A stretch of 63,875 bases of DNA, filler included. It is 13 parts of 13 records of this genome, joined end to end, with 100 filler letters (N's around TTAATTAATTAA, not from the genome) between each part and the next. Parts side by side here need not be neighbours in the genome. Positions count along the whole stretch, not along the records: positions 8,375 to 16,053 come from SRR15195285_6430; positions 16,154 to 19,251 come from SRR15195285_6435; positions 19,352 to 23,360 come from SRR15195285_6436; positions 23,461 to 28,535 come from SRR15195285_6451; 9 more parts are not named here. One strand, given 5' to 3'. The notes beneath the pieces are model-generated. The model was not told the DNA's origin and did not search any database. It worked only from the letters and a program-made list of their open reading frames with translations. The first letter of the stretch is position 1; each line of letters starts with the position of its first letter. Below, in pieces: positions 13,001-23,625 of this stretch. A program made the position numbers and the translations under genes.

Positions 13001-15783
13001 AGCGTTCGGCAAACTGTGATGCAGCTGGGATGGAGCGCGAACTGGCCGGCCGCTCCACCCTGCGCTTTGTTCTGTTTGCCAACTGCCCCTCCATCATGAC
13101 TGTCGACGAGTGGTACCAATGCTGTGTGACTGATGTTCAACGAGGCCGCGTCCGGATCCACATACAGCTGGATTCCTCGTAGAATGCTGTCCTGGATCAC
13201 AGCCTTGGCTTGTCTACGCACCATGATGGCGTTCTGGTACACAATCAGATGTGGGTTTGAGACGTCTTGCGAATGGTCAGCTGGCTCCTCGTCGCCCCAA
13301 CCAGTCCGATTGATGCGCATTTTGCTCAAGCTGAGAGTTCCGTTACTGCGCACGTCGAACAGCAGCCTCGATTCGACCTTGTTATTGCTAGGAACGCCGT
13401 CTGGTTGCGATGTTCGATTGACCTGTGATCCTACCCATGTTTTGTCCGGCTCTCCGACAATGGAGACTTTAGTACCACGGCAGACATTTATGCACGGGGC
13501 CCTCGCGATCTGTTTTCTAAGAAAAAGCTTCCACTCTCGATGTGTCGAAAGTCTATCTGGTTTGCACGCTGGCTCATCCGGTCTACTAGTAGTTCGAGTG
13601 ATCAGGTCGTCAAGCTCAAACTGTTTGCAGCTGACTTGTGACGACCAATAGGGCTTCAGGTGCAGATCGTAATCTTGTTGTTTGCAAGTGATGTTTGCTC
13701 CGTCCATATATCTGGGGGTGCCTGTGGTACTCTGGTGACTGTACGACACCGCGAGCCAGCCGGGTTCACACGCTGGAGATGGTAATTTGCACACATCCCC
13801 AGCGTGCATACCTGTGCAGTGCATCTGCTTCCACGCTCGCACATTTCTGTGTATGCCAAGGTTGTCGTCCGGCTGTCTCAGGTCTGGACACTCAGCGTGA
13901 TCGGAGGCGAGCTCCCCCCAACATTTGCCTTCGATCGTCCGGGTCGTATTCGTCCCATCGTGCATGGCCGAAAACTCTGTGCACTTGTCGAGGCCTGCCA
14001 CCCAAGCAAAGACTACCATGGACATGGTGAACAGCGCAACAACACAAAGGCCCAGCAACCTGCACCTCTGGAGGGACCTGCGCGTGTGCAAACCATATTC
14101 TGGCCGAATGTCTCGAAAACTTTTGCGTCGAGTGTCGACAGTCGTGTCAGCCACCTGTGTTGTGTTCAGCAGACTCTCACGAGCGCCAACTGCCACCTTC
14201 CGCCTGCAGCACACGCTACGAGCGTACATCCCTGCCGCGAGTGCGGCACAGCCAGCGCCCAATGCGACTGCTTTGTGATCGGCGATACAAGACTGGTCTA
14301 GAGTCGCCCAAACGCTACAAACACCGATCCACGCCGAGCAGGCAGTCACTGTCCTCGCGACCTGATTAACAGTCCGGACGTTGTTATACGTCCAGAATCT
14401 CGCAGATAGGAGAACGGCTCCACCTGTTGCTACCACACACGACAAGACCGCCAACGCCTTGTCGCCCTGGCGCCCCATGTGTGGTGACGCAATTGTACAC
14501 ACACTTGCGACGACGATGCGTGTCAGACATTCCGCCGCCTGGACTGGCTGCGGGGCAACGATGTCCAGGTCCGAGGCGGAGATCGTGGCCGAAATCGATG
14601 GAACGGACCGGACAAACACCGCCCACACGGTGAAGTAACTCATTGTGAACACAGCAATCAGAGCACCAGCTCTGCTGTGCTTCCGGTCCACGCACGAACA
14701 CTGGCTCGCCAACGAACCTTCTCCACAGAGGTTCTTCAGAGCTCCGTGCGGACGTGTGTACAGCATAGAGGAGATGCTTAAGCCTTGGTCTTCTGGGAGC
14801 ACGATCGAGCAGTATCCATCCTCCAAGCCGCCTGAGCCGCTGTACGTAGGGCACTCCATGTACCGTGACACGCTTCGAGTGAGTGCCACAACCACACAGA
14901 AGAGACCAATTCCGGTCAGTGAACTGTACGCCATCCGCAGAGAGCGGCTCTTGGCCTGCCGCTCGTCCTCTATCTTGCGCTCGTTGGCGACCTGCGCCGC
15001 CGCACACCACGCGAGTGTGGCCCAGATGAGCGCGCTCACGATCACGTCAGAGTGCCTGGACCAGCCCGGTACCCACCACAGGATGTCCAGTGCGTAGTGC
15101 ATGCAGTGCGAGACAATCTTGTCGACCTCCTCGCCCCAGATCGTCCCGCCTTCGCCCGGGAGCCGATACGGCGAGCCCCCCGGGTCCACGACGGGCACAC
15201 CGAACTGCAGTAGCACGAACTGGAGCTGCACCAGCACCGCGCTGACCCCTTTGAGCACGTTGTCCCTGTTGAGCCGCACGTCGAGGATGTGTTCCGAGTC
15301 CACCTCCCGCTCGAAGCCCCTCGCGTCCCGCATCTCCCATCCCTCCGGGGCCATCAGCGCCACCCCTACGAGCGCTGCACAGGTGGACAGGAGCACCGCG
15401 ACGTGCACTCCGAGCACAGCTTTCGCCATGGCCGGCGAGCTGACCGAATAGAGCACGACGGGCGTGAGGACATTGAGGGCGATCCACCCACCGCAGAGCC
15501 GCCGCTTCGTGATCACGCTGGACACGAGGCGCATGCGCGGGCAGTCGAGGCCGCCCCGCTCCGAGCACGCCTCGGCCACGATCACGGGTGGCATGCACAG
15601 CACCCCGACTGCCACCTGGACGCCCGTCCGCAGCGCGGAGCGCAGCGACTCCGCCGCGCCGATCGCCTTCGATTCGTCCATCTCCTCCATCCCGTCCATG
15701 TTCGCGAAGCTCGTGTAGATCGACTCCGGCTTCTGCTTCTGCCGGCTCTTGCGCCACGGCAGCGGGCGCAGCTCCTCCCCCAT
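10054..15783 (-). CDS. Large multipass membrane protein with a long Cys-rich C-terminal region (1909 aa), function unknown
   Basis: Uninterrupted 5.7-kb ORF. Roughly ten or more hydrophobic segments in the first 600 aa, then a Cys-rich tail with many N-x-S/T sequons. Confidence 0.8.
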   Translation of the reverse strand: MGEELRPLPWRKSRQKQKPESIYTSFANMDGMEEMDESKAIGAAESLRSALRTGVQVAVGVLCMPPVIVAEACSERGGLDCPRMRLVSSVITKRRLCGGWIALNVLTPVVLYSVSSPAMAKAVLGVHVAVLLSTCAALVGVALMAPEGWEMRDARGFEREVDSEHILDVRLNRDNVLKGVSAVLVQLQFVLLQFGVPVVDPGGSPYRLPGEGGTIWGEEVDKIVSHCMHYALDILWWVPGWSRHSDVIVSALIWATLAWCAAAQVANERKIEDERQAKSRSLRMAYSSLTGIGLFCVVVALTRSVSRYMECPTYSGSGGLEDGYCSIVLPEDQGLSISSMLYTRPHGALKNLCGEGSLASQCSCVDRKHSRAGALIAVFTMSYFTVWAVFVRSVPSISATISASDLDIVAPQPVQAAECLTRIVVASVCTIASPHMGRQGDKALAVLSCVVATGGAVLLSARFWTYNNVRTVNQVARTVTACSAWIGVCSVWATLDQSCIADHKAVALGAGCAALAAGMYARSVCCRRKVAVGARESLLNTTQVADTTVDTRRKSFRDIRPEYGLHTRRSLQRCRLLGLCVVALFTMSMVVFAWVAGLDKCTEFSAMHDGTNTTRTIEGKCWGELASDHAECPDLRQPDDNLGIHRNVRAWKQMHCTGMHAGDVCKLPSPACEPGWLAVSYSHQSTTGTPRYMDGANITCKQQDYDLHLKPYWSSQVSCKQFELDDLITRTTSRPDEPACKPDRLSTHREWKLFLRKQIARAPCINVCRGTKVSIVGEPDKTWVGSQVNRTSQPDGVPSNNKVESRLLFDVRSNGTLSLSKMRINRTGWGDEEPADHSQDVSNPHLIVYQNAIMVRRQAKAVIQDSILRGIQLYVDPDAASLNISHTALVPLVDSHDGGAVGKQNKAQGGAAGQFALHPSCITVCRTLSALTYLPSVGLCDDIAQAYGAGTGHFFVSDSVLSMVYLNTPHPLPSDRSYITFSRATFYVSSLVGGQPVTHAGYQDQKKLMYTDAMANDEGKSTPLFPISRSILLDEDKVVSPNRQLLSATFASCHLAGCSSTYDFCEGRPTVRTQELATQLAAGTDVFAQLDSLGQEYALRLNVTASTPTFGDRLLFSIDVLPTMNVTILGGSNATSGSAYFLKGVFRIKAPETWFFRGGHLRIENLRMDYCVDQVERDSWLPSKNDHNVGDADPLVSSLTLVKTYNLYTHIFRKGAQIESYQGGRLGMPNYDRVVVLINISVASYSGMEACRDAQAKCRADANPYCYNDCADPECEPVLTVSTATERSRRFLKVTQLAPTGQPGQADRFGAWQPEIGDQLFDWNVSWYGTYMGRQSHATPTSDATMSVLYLGAGDSGHGGGRWGVSAGFHLELHNVWLVADLQAAGHAGQACCRPGLKTTECTSASDTRCGACAPVDDGTVLKPIAGSGSCVAAFASNKQPMQDAPHSWRSGTISFHGVAIQYKRVQVQTNSSCDNVGDTCQLEPMETLPLNILGPGTPFASFEDSEFARSESDRDDPRSVFATFSMTTTWLNITLIGNSPMLLWDLRQNDTTDGAPSSLPSREISIVGNATQADARRQNRQTLLLRRLLLSDRQHATLENLNLVLSLDLSRASQPPRINMVDVGIPSPNDVTIQSSPFGVFTGLSHWDTKTCAQEQSWCATMQNVTIFLAEDPDAGVLATSPCIDHRHDLPVALVNTAPSLNGNSRLDIVVSGDDLDFAKAVRAASAQATVTVSGRTNVMWCDSGKHSNRNNTICKRLNASTSGCDTATGGSSDNFTRAPRVVGTSLQDLKSECSDKLCVLQNVSLNITGESLSDTNQSLHTFSTCSQNHPQGVRFDHVELEQFTEVHRSGQDAPAVTLMEQCAGLGDDPSLDDLVGTCDCTQCMWRHHQDEPMPDQHNASNLTTKWL

Positions 15784-15970
15784 TGTTCAGCCCCCTGCCA
15801 GTCGGTCACGCCAGCAGCACCATCTCGAGGACGGTCTGCGCAGGGCTCAGCTACATACAGCAGGGCAGCAGGGCCGCAGGGAGAGCCCCCATTTGAGCAT
15901 CACCGCCAGCAGCACCATCTCAAGGACGAAGCGAGCACCATCAGAATTCAGTCCTCAGTACCGTACTACA

Positions 15971-16001
15971 TAGTAGGAATTCCTACTAGGAATCCTAGTA
16001 G
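15971..16001. promoter_or_regulatory. Palindromic upstream motif TAGTAGGAATTCCTACTA with an overlapping variant
   Basis: Perfect 18-bp palindrome about 190 bp upstream of the 15783 start. Related copies at 84-97, 57205-57218 and 63691-63703. Regulatory role is inferred. Confidence 0.45.
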
Positions 16002-16521
16002 AGTCAAAACAGTTCGAATTGACGGAGTAATCCGCGAGAAAAAGCAGCGATTCNNNNNNNNNNNNNNNNNNNNNNNNNNNNNNNNNNNNNNNNNNNNTTA
16101 ATTAATTAANNNNNNNNNNNNNNNNNNNNNNNNNNNNNNNNNNNNNNNNNNNNTCGGCCTTGGGAGGCGCGGACTAGGGGGGGCGCTAGCGCTAGGACTG
16201 GAAGAAACCATATATATTGTCCGGAGAAGGTAGTAGTATGGTGTCATGTGAGGGCGATCACCCGGATACATCCCGACTGCCCCACAATCTAGAATCTTTG
16301 TGCGGATGCGCGCGGCCGGCCACACACAAGAATCAAGAGTCGAGACAGCATCACCGGGGTGATTCCCAAGTGGAACTGGAAGTCACGAAGTGCTGGCCAT
16401 GCATGCATGGGGGATGGGCTGCCGCGTGACCGACGGACTGGAGCAACAAGGGAAGGAAGGAGGGGCCCGAGGACAGCGCTGCGAGGACACAGCCCAGCCC
16501 GCGCTCACGGTCACTGCTGCC

Positions 16522-16547
16522 AGTAGTAGTAGTAGTAGTAGTAGTAG
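16522..16547. repeat. (AGT)n microsatellite
   Basis: About 8.7 perfect AGT units upstream of the ubiquilin start. Confidence 0.95.
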
Positions 16548-16696
16548 CACTGCGGGGTTGGGCGTGTCGACCTGTGGGCTCGCGCTGCGCTGCGGGGGCT
16601 GGCTGAGGCTGCGAGGTGGGCGGCAGCTGGCGAGTGGCGCGCTGGACTCGTGTAGGACGGTCAGCAGAGGAAGGGAACAGACTAGGTCTGCAGCAG

Positions 16697-18587
16697 ATGA
16701 GCGGAGAGGAGCCGAAGGATGCTGCGAAGGCGGCCAGCCCAACGCCCAGCCCAGCACCTGGTCCGGCAGACACCACGTCGCCCAGCACGGCGGAACCGGA
16801 AGTGGTCGAGCTCACGGTGAAGTCGACAGCAGGTACCGCGTTCAAGACCGAGGTCCCTGCTGACAGCACGGTCCTGGCTGTGAAGGAGGCCATCGCAGAC
16901 CAGAGTAAGATCCCCGCGCAGAACCAGCGGCTGGTGTTCAAGGGCCAGGTGCTAAAGGACGAGAAGACCCTGGTCGGCGACTACGGCTTCAAGTCGGGAG
17001 GCGCGGTGCACGTCGTTCGCGGTGTCGCCCCGGCCTCGCCTGCACCCGCTCCTGCTCCCGCTCCTGCTGCCACACCAGCGCCCGCACAAGCTACGCCGGG
17101 TCTGGGTCTCGGTGGGCTGGGTCTCGGTGGGCTGGGTCTCGGCGGGCTGGGTCTCGGTGGGCTCGGAGGCATGCCGCCCGGGGGGATGGATCTCAACGCG
17201 ATGCAGCGCCAGATGCAGGAGCAGATGGCGGCGAATCCCGGAATGATGGAGCAGATGCTCAACTCTCCAGCGATGCAGAGCCTGATGCAAAACCCCGAGG
17301 CGATTTCGGGTATGATCCAAAGCAACCCGCAGATGCGCGCCCTAATGGAGCAGAACCCGGAGCTGCGCAGCATGCTGAGCGACCCGAACCTCATGCGGCA
17401 GTCACTGGAGGCGGCAAGGAACCCAGCCTTACGTGCAGAGCTGACTCGCAACACGGATCGCGCAATGGCAAACATCGAGGGCATGCCTGGCGGTTACAAC
17501 GCACTTGCTCATATGTACCAAACAGGTGAGTGCTGTCGCTACGCCCTGCGTTTTTGGGAGTGTGACTATGACTAAGAGAGAGCATCTCGTTGCCACAGTA
17601 CAATCGCCGCTCATGGATGCAGCAACGGGCGGCGCTGGCAATACGGGGGCTACCGCGGAGAACGCAGACCCTTCCAGCCCACTAACGAACCCGTGGGCTC
17701 CTCCATCGCCGCCTGGTGCCGGCGGCGCAAATGCTGGCACCGGAACAGCAGGAGCTGGGTCACCTGGGAGCGCTGGCGCTGGCGCGGGGACAGCAGGGGC
17801 GTTCCCAGGTCTTGGTCTAGGTGGGCTGGGTGGGCTTGCCGGGCTTGGTGCAATGGGAGCACCTGGCGGAATGGGAGCACCGTCCCCCGAGATGATGCAG
17901 CAGATGATGAGCAACCCGATGATGCAGCAAATGATGCAGCAAGTGATGAGCAACCCTGCAATGATGGAGCAGATGCTCGCTAGCAACCCAATGGCACAGC
18001 AGATGATGGCAGCAAATCCGCAGGTGGCGGAGATGATGCGCAATCCGCAGCTGATGCAACAAATGATGAACCCGGCAAACATTCAGGCGATGATGCAGAT
18101 GCAGCAGTCTATGGCTCAGCTGCAGGGCTCTGGCTTGATGCCGGGCATGCCGGGCATGCCGGGTATGCCTGCCATGCCGGGCACGCCGGGTGCTGCGGGC
18201 ACGCCGGGTGCTGCAGGCACGCCGGGAGCTGCAGGAGCAGCGGGGTTCGACATGGGCAGCTTGCTGTCGGCCTTAGGACAACCCGGGGCGGGACAACCTG
18301 CTGCACCCGCTGCAGGAGGTACGCACTTTGCGGGGCATATAGCTGTATTTCTCTCAGCGTAGCATAGCCAGGAGAGGAGCGTGTACTCAAGTCCAAGACA
18401 GTGCCGATTGCTCAACAGTGTGTGTGCTGTGCGTGTTGGCGGGCTCGCAGCAACACCGCAAGAGCGCTACAGAGTACAGCTGCAGAAGCTGCAAGAGATG
18501 GGTTTCTCTGATGAAGAGGCCAACTTGACCGCGTTGCAGGCGACGGGTGGAAGCGTGAACGCCGCGATTGAGAGGCTGCTACAGTAA
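16697..18587 (+). CDS. UBQLN: Ubiquilin/Dsk2 (UBL, STI1 repeats, UBA), three exons
   Basis: UBL '[16 protein letters not shown]', Met/Asn/Pro-rich STI1 repeats, '[20 protein letters not shown]' and UBA '[14 protein letters not shown]...[16 protein letters not shown]'. Confidence 0.96.
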
Positions 18588-18728
18588 CAGGCAGCAGCGC
18601 GCAGGGAGCAATACATGGTAATGATAGACCAGGCTGATTGGTGTCACACAGAAACATCCAGTGGATCTCTCCCCACCATCACGCCCGCCCGCCTGCCCGC
18701 CGCTGCTGGCACGCGCCGATGTGTCTGC

Positions 18729-19190
18729 TCAATAAAAGTCTGCAGGAACCGCACAACACGCGACACGTCAGAGCGCGGCTGCGCCTGCAACTAACGCACG
18801 CAGGCGCCAGCTGGCGACTCACAGATACCGAATGCAGCTGCGACGCAGAATAAGTGGTCCTGCACACACGGCACGCACGCCCCGCGTCATCGCGTGCACA
18901 ACCACGACCAGAACAGCAGTGCACCAGTGGCGCGTGAGAGCGGGCTCGAGCTGCTCACGTTTTGAAACACCTCCTGCGCGTAACCGTCCGTGTTGTCATC
19001 CCAGAAACACCGCGCACCCATCCTGCGGATCGCGCAGCTCGCCGGTGAGAGGGTCACAGGCGGCGCGCGCGCTTGTTCGCACACACAGGGCGCCGGGCAG
19101 GTGCAGTGGCAGATGGCTACCTAACACCCTCGCCCCGCTGCTCGCCTATTACGACCTGCACCACGAACTTGTAGCGCTCTAGATTGAGCT
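18729..19190 (-). CDS. TCTEX1D2: Tctex-type dynein light chain (TCTEX1D2/Tctex2b-like), 5'-partial, four visible exons
   Basis: Spliced translation ELNLERYKFVVQVVIGEQRGEGVR|MGARCFWDDNTDGYAQEVFQN|DHLFCVAAAFGI|YFY*. All junctions are GT-AG. Confidence 0.92.
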
Positions 19191-19632
19191 CTGCCACGCG
19201 CCACGCACAGCCAGCCACCCAGCACACACGCACACACGCACACACGCACACNNNNNNNNNNNNNNNNNNNNNNNNNNNNNNNNNNNNNNNNNNNNTTAAT
19301 TAATTAANNNNNNNNNNNNNNNNNNNNNNNNNNNNNNNNNNNNNNNNNNNNATTCTCGTGCCTCTTCCTCCTGCTCCGAAACTCAGCCGCCAGCAGTCGC
19401 GCTCAGCAATTATCAAAAATTGTTTTCTCGATCAGTTCTCACCAGTCACGAGTCACACGCACAGATTCACAGGCAGTCAGGTGGCTCGCCGGTGCTCGGC
19501 CGGTGTGCGGTGTGCGTCAGTGGGTGCCGCCGAAATCGCGAATCTAGAAATCCAACGGCCAAACGAACGGGAAAACACGGCGGCCACTGCGCTGCGCCGT
19601 AACTGTGGCGTGCGTACAACAGCGTCACCGGG

Positions 19633-21456
19633 ATGCTGCTTTCGCCTGTGTCGGACCAGCCTTCGCCACCAGCAGCGTTGAGGGCGATCGACCAGAAGCC
19701 CGAGAAGCTCGAGCTCGGGCCGACAGCACTGGAATTCGGTGATGCCGCCGGTCGGCTGTGGACGATCGTGTTCGAGCAGATCATGGCGTCCGATGCGCTC
19801 ACGATGAACGACAGGGGCGGCTCGATTCCTCTCGTCTGCCGAGAGTGGCAGCGGCTAGCAGAGTTGCACTTCTCGATCTTTCCTTTCCCGTTCGGTCCGG
19901 CTGCAGCTCTCAGCACGATGCTGGCAACGGTGAGCAACCTGGAGCCCGATCTTACAGCGCCAGAGTCCAACCCACGCAGTGGTGATAAGGCGGTCTGGTT
20001 CTACACCGGCAAGATCACCCACACACGTGGTCCACGAACCGTGGCCAGGGCAGTATGGCGGAGCACCCAGGCAAAGTCTCTGGCTGGTGCAACCCTGGTG
20101 CACTGTCCATACGGACTATCCCTCGCGGTGAGCGCTGGGCGCAGACGCGGCGTAGTAGCTGTGCTATTCGGTCGCGACTGCGTCCTGGGTGCGACCGCCC
20201 ACCCGCGTCCCTCCGTGAAATGGGACGGTGATATTCTGTCTTTTCTCTTTGCTTGCTCGCGGTTCGCCTCGTCGCTGGAGGAGACCTGGTGCGATAGGTT
20301 CGAAGCGAGCTCCATCCTCGCGGCCGTGACGCAGGCCGGACGCCAGGTGCACAGCACGCAGGCACGCAAAGCCGTAGCTGATCTGGTGGAGCGATTCGCC
20401 ACCAAAACAACGATGCTGAGCTTGCAGCAGAATCCAAATCGATTCAAACCATTGCTTCATCGTCTGCCGTTGCTAGAGGGGTCGCCAGCAGAAGAGGCCT
20501 TCGCTAATCTTGCAGCTGCGGGTGGCGCCACGGGGTCTCCACCCATCGCCACAGAGATGTGCGGGCTAGCAAGCGAACAGGTATTCCTGGCTGGGGACAG
20601 GCTGTCTGAAGCAGATGGGCCGACCCTCAGCTTTTTGGCTGCTGGAGAGTTTGTCGTTGATTGGCGGTCGGTTGGCCACAGTCACGTTCGGAAGCTCCAA
20701 GCGGACTATGCAGAAGCATCGAGAGCAACACCGCACAGCTTCACACCACCGGGCTCGCCTGGGCGATCTCGCAGAGCACACGCGTTTCAAAGCGGTCGCT
20801 GCGGTTCAATTGGTAGCTCACCACGTCTCTCAATGTCTGGCTGGTCTCTGCAAATCAACATGCATGGGCGGGAGCAGCTCAACTCGAATGGCAGGATCGA
20901 CCTCGAGGGTGATGGCGGATGGCAATGCATACTGACGTGGTACAAGAACTTCGAGAAGATCCTGTTCGATGGTATGATTCGTGACGCCAAGCTGCTTCAT
21001 GGCGCATTGTGGTACTTTATCACTGTGTTTGAAGAGATTTTTGACAGCAAAGCAATGGCGGCAAGCAGCGAGGGCAGTAAAGACTCCAAAACAACCGGCC
21101 GCTCTGGTCTAGAGTGGATGGGACAAGCGGCATCGACAACATGGGGCGCAACGCTACGGTCGATGGCGACAGCTACTGCCGTGCGATTAACACAAGCGAT
21201 CGCGGTCGATACATTGCTGAGACGTGACAAGGACGTCCGCGTTTGGTGGCAGTATGCCCTTGATAGAATGGTTGCCGTGCTGGCGGTGTCCGCAGCTGCG
21301 CAACAGGACAGTCCAAGCCGCTCACGGGGCGGTAGTGGTGGAAGCAGTCCGCGAGTCTTGACGAGCTCAGCATCTGAGGAAAGCCTGACTGTATTAGTAG
21401 AGGAAGAACAGGAGCAGCTGTTAGTCGAGGTCCGACGTAGCCTTGCCTACGAGTAG
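19633..21456 (+). CDS. Hypothetical protein with an N-terminal F-box-like motif
   Basis: 607-aa ORF. 'LWTIVFEQI...D...IPLVCREWQRLA' fits the F-box pattern; the remainder is unrecognised. Confidence 0.55.
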   Translation: MLLSPVSDQPSPPAALRAIDQKPEKLELGPTALEFGDAAGRLWTIVFEQIMASDALTMNDRGGSIPLVCREWQRLAELHFSIFPFPFGPAAALSTMLATVSNLEPDLTAPESNPRSGDKAVWFYTGKITHTRGPRTVARAVWRSTQAKSLAGATLVHCPYGLSLAVSAGRRRGVVAVLFGRDCVLGATAHPRPSVKWDGDILSFLFACSRFASSLEETWCDRFEASSILAAVTQAGRQVHSTQARKAVADLVERFATKTTMLSLQQNPNRFKPLLHRLPLLEGSPAEEAFANLAAAGGATGSPPIATEMCGLASEQVFLAGDRLSEADGPTLSFLAAGEFVVDWRSVGHSHVRKLQADYAEASRATPHSFTPPGSPGRSRRAHAFQSGRCGSIGSSPRLSMSGWSLQINMHGREQLNSNGRIDLEGDGGWQCILTWYKNFEKILFDGMIRDAKLLHGALWYFITVFEEIFDSKAMAASSEGSKDSKTTGRSGLEWMGQAASTTWGATLRSMATATAVRLTQAIAVDTLLRRDKDVRVWWQYALDRMVAVLAVSAAAQQDSPSRSRGGSGGSSPRVLTSSASEESLTVLVEEEQEQLLVEVRRSLAYE

Positions 21457-21607
21457 TGTCTGGCTGCAGATTAGCAGCGGGAGTGTAGGGTCGGTGCTGC
21501 GCATACAAGTAAGAACAGCAACGCTGCGATAAATGCCGGGCACGTACACGAGCCAGGCAACTAAGGATTGGCCGTCCATTATTCCTAGACTAGGTGACCG
21601 TCCTCGT

Positions 21608-23360
21608 TCAAGCACATTCAGCACGGGCACTGTTGATGGCACGCCTAGCCTCCGTGAGAACAGCTTCACGCGCCTCCGTGAGGGCCATCAGCAGCCCTTC
21701 CCGCTGCTCGTTTGCCTTTTGCTCCGCTGACATCGCTGGTGCTAGCTGCGATGCTAATTTTAAGGCCTCAGTGCTCTCAGTGGTCTGCTGCAACTCTGCG
21801 GTAAGCACATCTCCTAAGATCGCCAACGCTTCCTGCTCAGATTCTTCACTCACTACTTCATCGCTGATCACCTGCTTGATACCACCGGTCAACTCCGTGT
21901 CGGAGGCAGCCAGCACACGCACAATCGTCCTGAACATGAAAATACATTCATCGAATCCAGGTCAAGAGCTGATGCAGAGCTGAACCAGGTGATTCGATCG
22001 CAACAGCAGCCACGAAGCAGGTCAACTCACAGCAAATTCCAAGTCACTGGGACTGCATCGTTCATACTCATCACTCCTATTTCTGGGCCTGTCGGCACGA
22101 AAAATGAGCACTCGCCAGCGTTTTCCAGGGGCCACAGCCCGGCCTCAGCCAACGTTGCGCTGCGGCAGCTACAGCTGGCGCATTGCATGCGCCAACAGAA
22201 CGACGGATCCGGCAGCGTGCAGCAGCTGCTCACACCCTCGGCCTCACGCTCAGCTGCTCGCCGCATCTTCTTGCCTCTCTCCGCATTCGGTCGACAGTCG
22301 CTGCTCTGTTTGCGCCGCTTGCTGAGTGTACAAGTTGCAACAGTGCCGACAGCACAAGCTGATCTTTCACACTGACGCTTTGCTGCAATGCGAAGCAGCG
22401 TCGCGACCCCTTTTGTTGGGTGCAGCACCGCGCTATCTACTGGATGCGTCCGGTCGACAAATCCATACCTCGCCAGGAGCACCTCATTCGATAGATCACC
22501 GTAGCATAGCATTACTGGATTTCCTGCATCCACTGGTGCTCCGGCACGAACCTCGTAAACGCCTTTCTCGTACAGGCCTGGTGACCCAGCTTGCATAGCG
22601 ACAGGGCTGGAATTCGGCGTAGGATTTCGTCTCGCACGGCCGTGCTGACGATTTTGGTCGTCAACCCACTGTGCCGTGGCTGCTTCAGCGTGGCCCTGCA
22701 CCGCAACACCAAATATAGGGTGTTAGATTGCCAGTGTCATCACAGATGACACCTGGTACAGACTATAGAAATCTACTACATGATAGCAACAGACACTTGT
22801 GCATACCGCTGAGTTGTGGTTCAGAAGGTCAAGCCATGGAACCAAGGTGGATGTATCCTCCGGCGTATCGACGTGGCTGCCGTTCGTCTGGTACTTCGAT
22901 ACGCTCATAAAGCACGCTCGTGTTGACACAACGCTCCACGCCCAAGATATTCCGTCAGCACTATACGCACCTCGCTGACTGCTTAGCTGCGCCATCCGCA
23001 GCGTTTGACTATCCACCTCGTTGCGAATGGCCCAGGTGAGGAGGGTGTTCACTTGATCCGTCACAGTAGAAAGGTTATCAGTCTGCATCTGGTGCTCCTC
23101 GTGCAGTGCCGCCGCCCACGGTACGCATTTGAGCTCATGGACGGTGAATTGCTCTGCAGTTACCATTTCTTCTGGCTTCGGAAAGCTTGCGAGCATCGGC
23201 CACCACCATGAACTCGTACCCAGTGCGCGCTCGTGAATCAGTCCAAAGCACAGAGTAGCCAGTGGATTTAGCTGGCACGTCCCGCTCGCTGCAGCCTCGT
23301 GCAACACCGGTCCAAGCACCTTGTCAGTGCGGACGCTACGGGTGTTGAACAGTAGAGCTG
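21608..23360 (-). CDS. SET-domain protein lysine methyltransferase (Rubisco-LSMT/SETD4-like), 5'-partial, multi-exon
   Basis: 'WAWSVVSTRA', 'LVPWLDLLNH', 'VMLCYGDLSNEVLLARYGFV' and a helical C-terminal domain ending at 21608. Confidence 0.88.
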
Positions 23361-23625
23361 NNNNNNNNNNNNNNNNNNNNNNNNNNNNNNNNNNNNNNNN
23401 NNNNTTAATTAATTAANNNNNNNNNNNNNNNNNNNNNNNNNNNNNNNNNNNNNNNNNNNNGCTCATTCTGACCGCCGGCGGCGCACTGGGAAGGGGAGTC
23501 TATAGTACACTTGGTACCAGCAGTAGACATGCGCTCATGCGGAATTGCGATGCGCACCGCCCGCGCGCGCGCGCGCCGCCCGCCGGCGACAGCGGCCACA
23601 TTTTCGTTCGCTGAGGCTGAGGGCG

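Noticed and set aside
17098-17170. 15-bp tandem repeats (GGLGL), and GMP/GAAGTP repeats near 18140-18240
   Set aside because: Low-complexity ubiquilin linkers. There are no unique spacers, so this is not a CRISPR array.
19222-19251. (CACACACG)n at a contig end, considered as a telomere
   Set aside because: It lies in an intron of the Tctex gene and is a simple repeat that broke the assembly, like the (GCT)n at 28512-28535.
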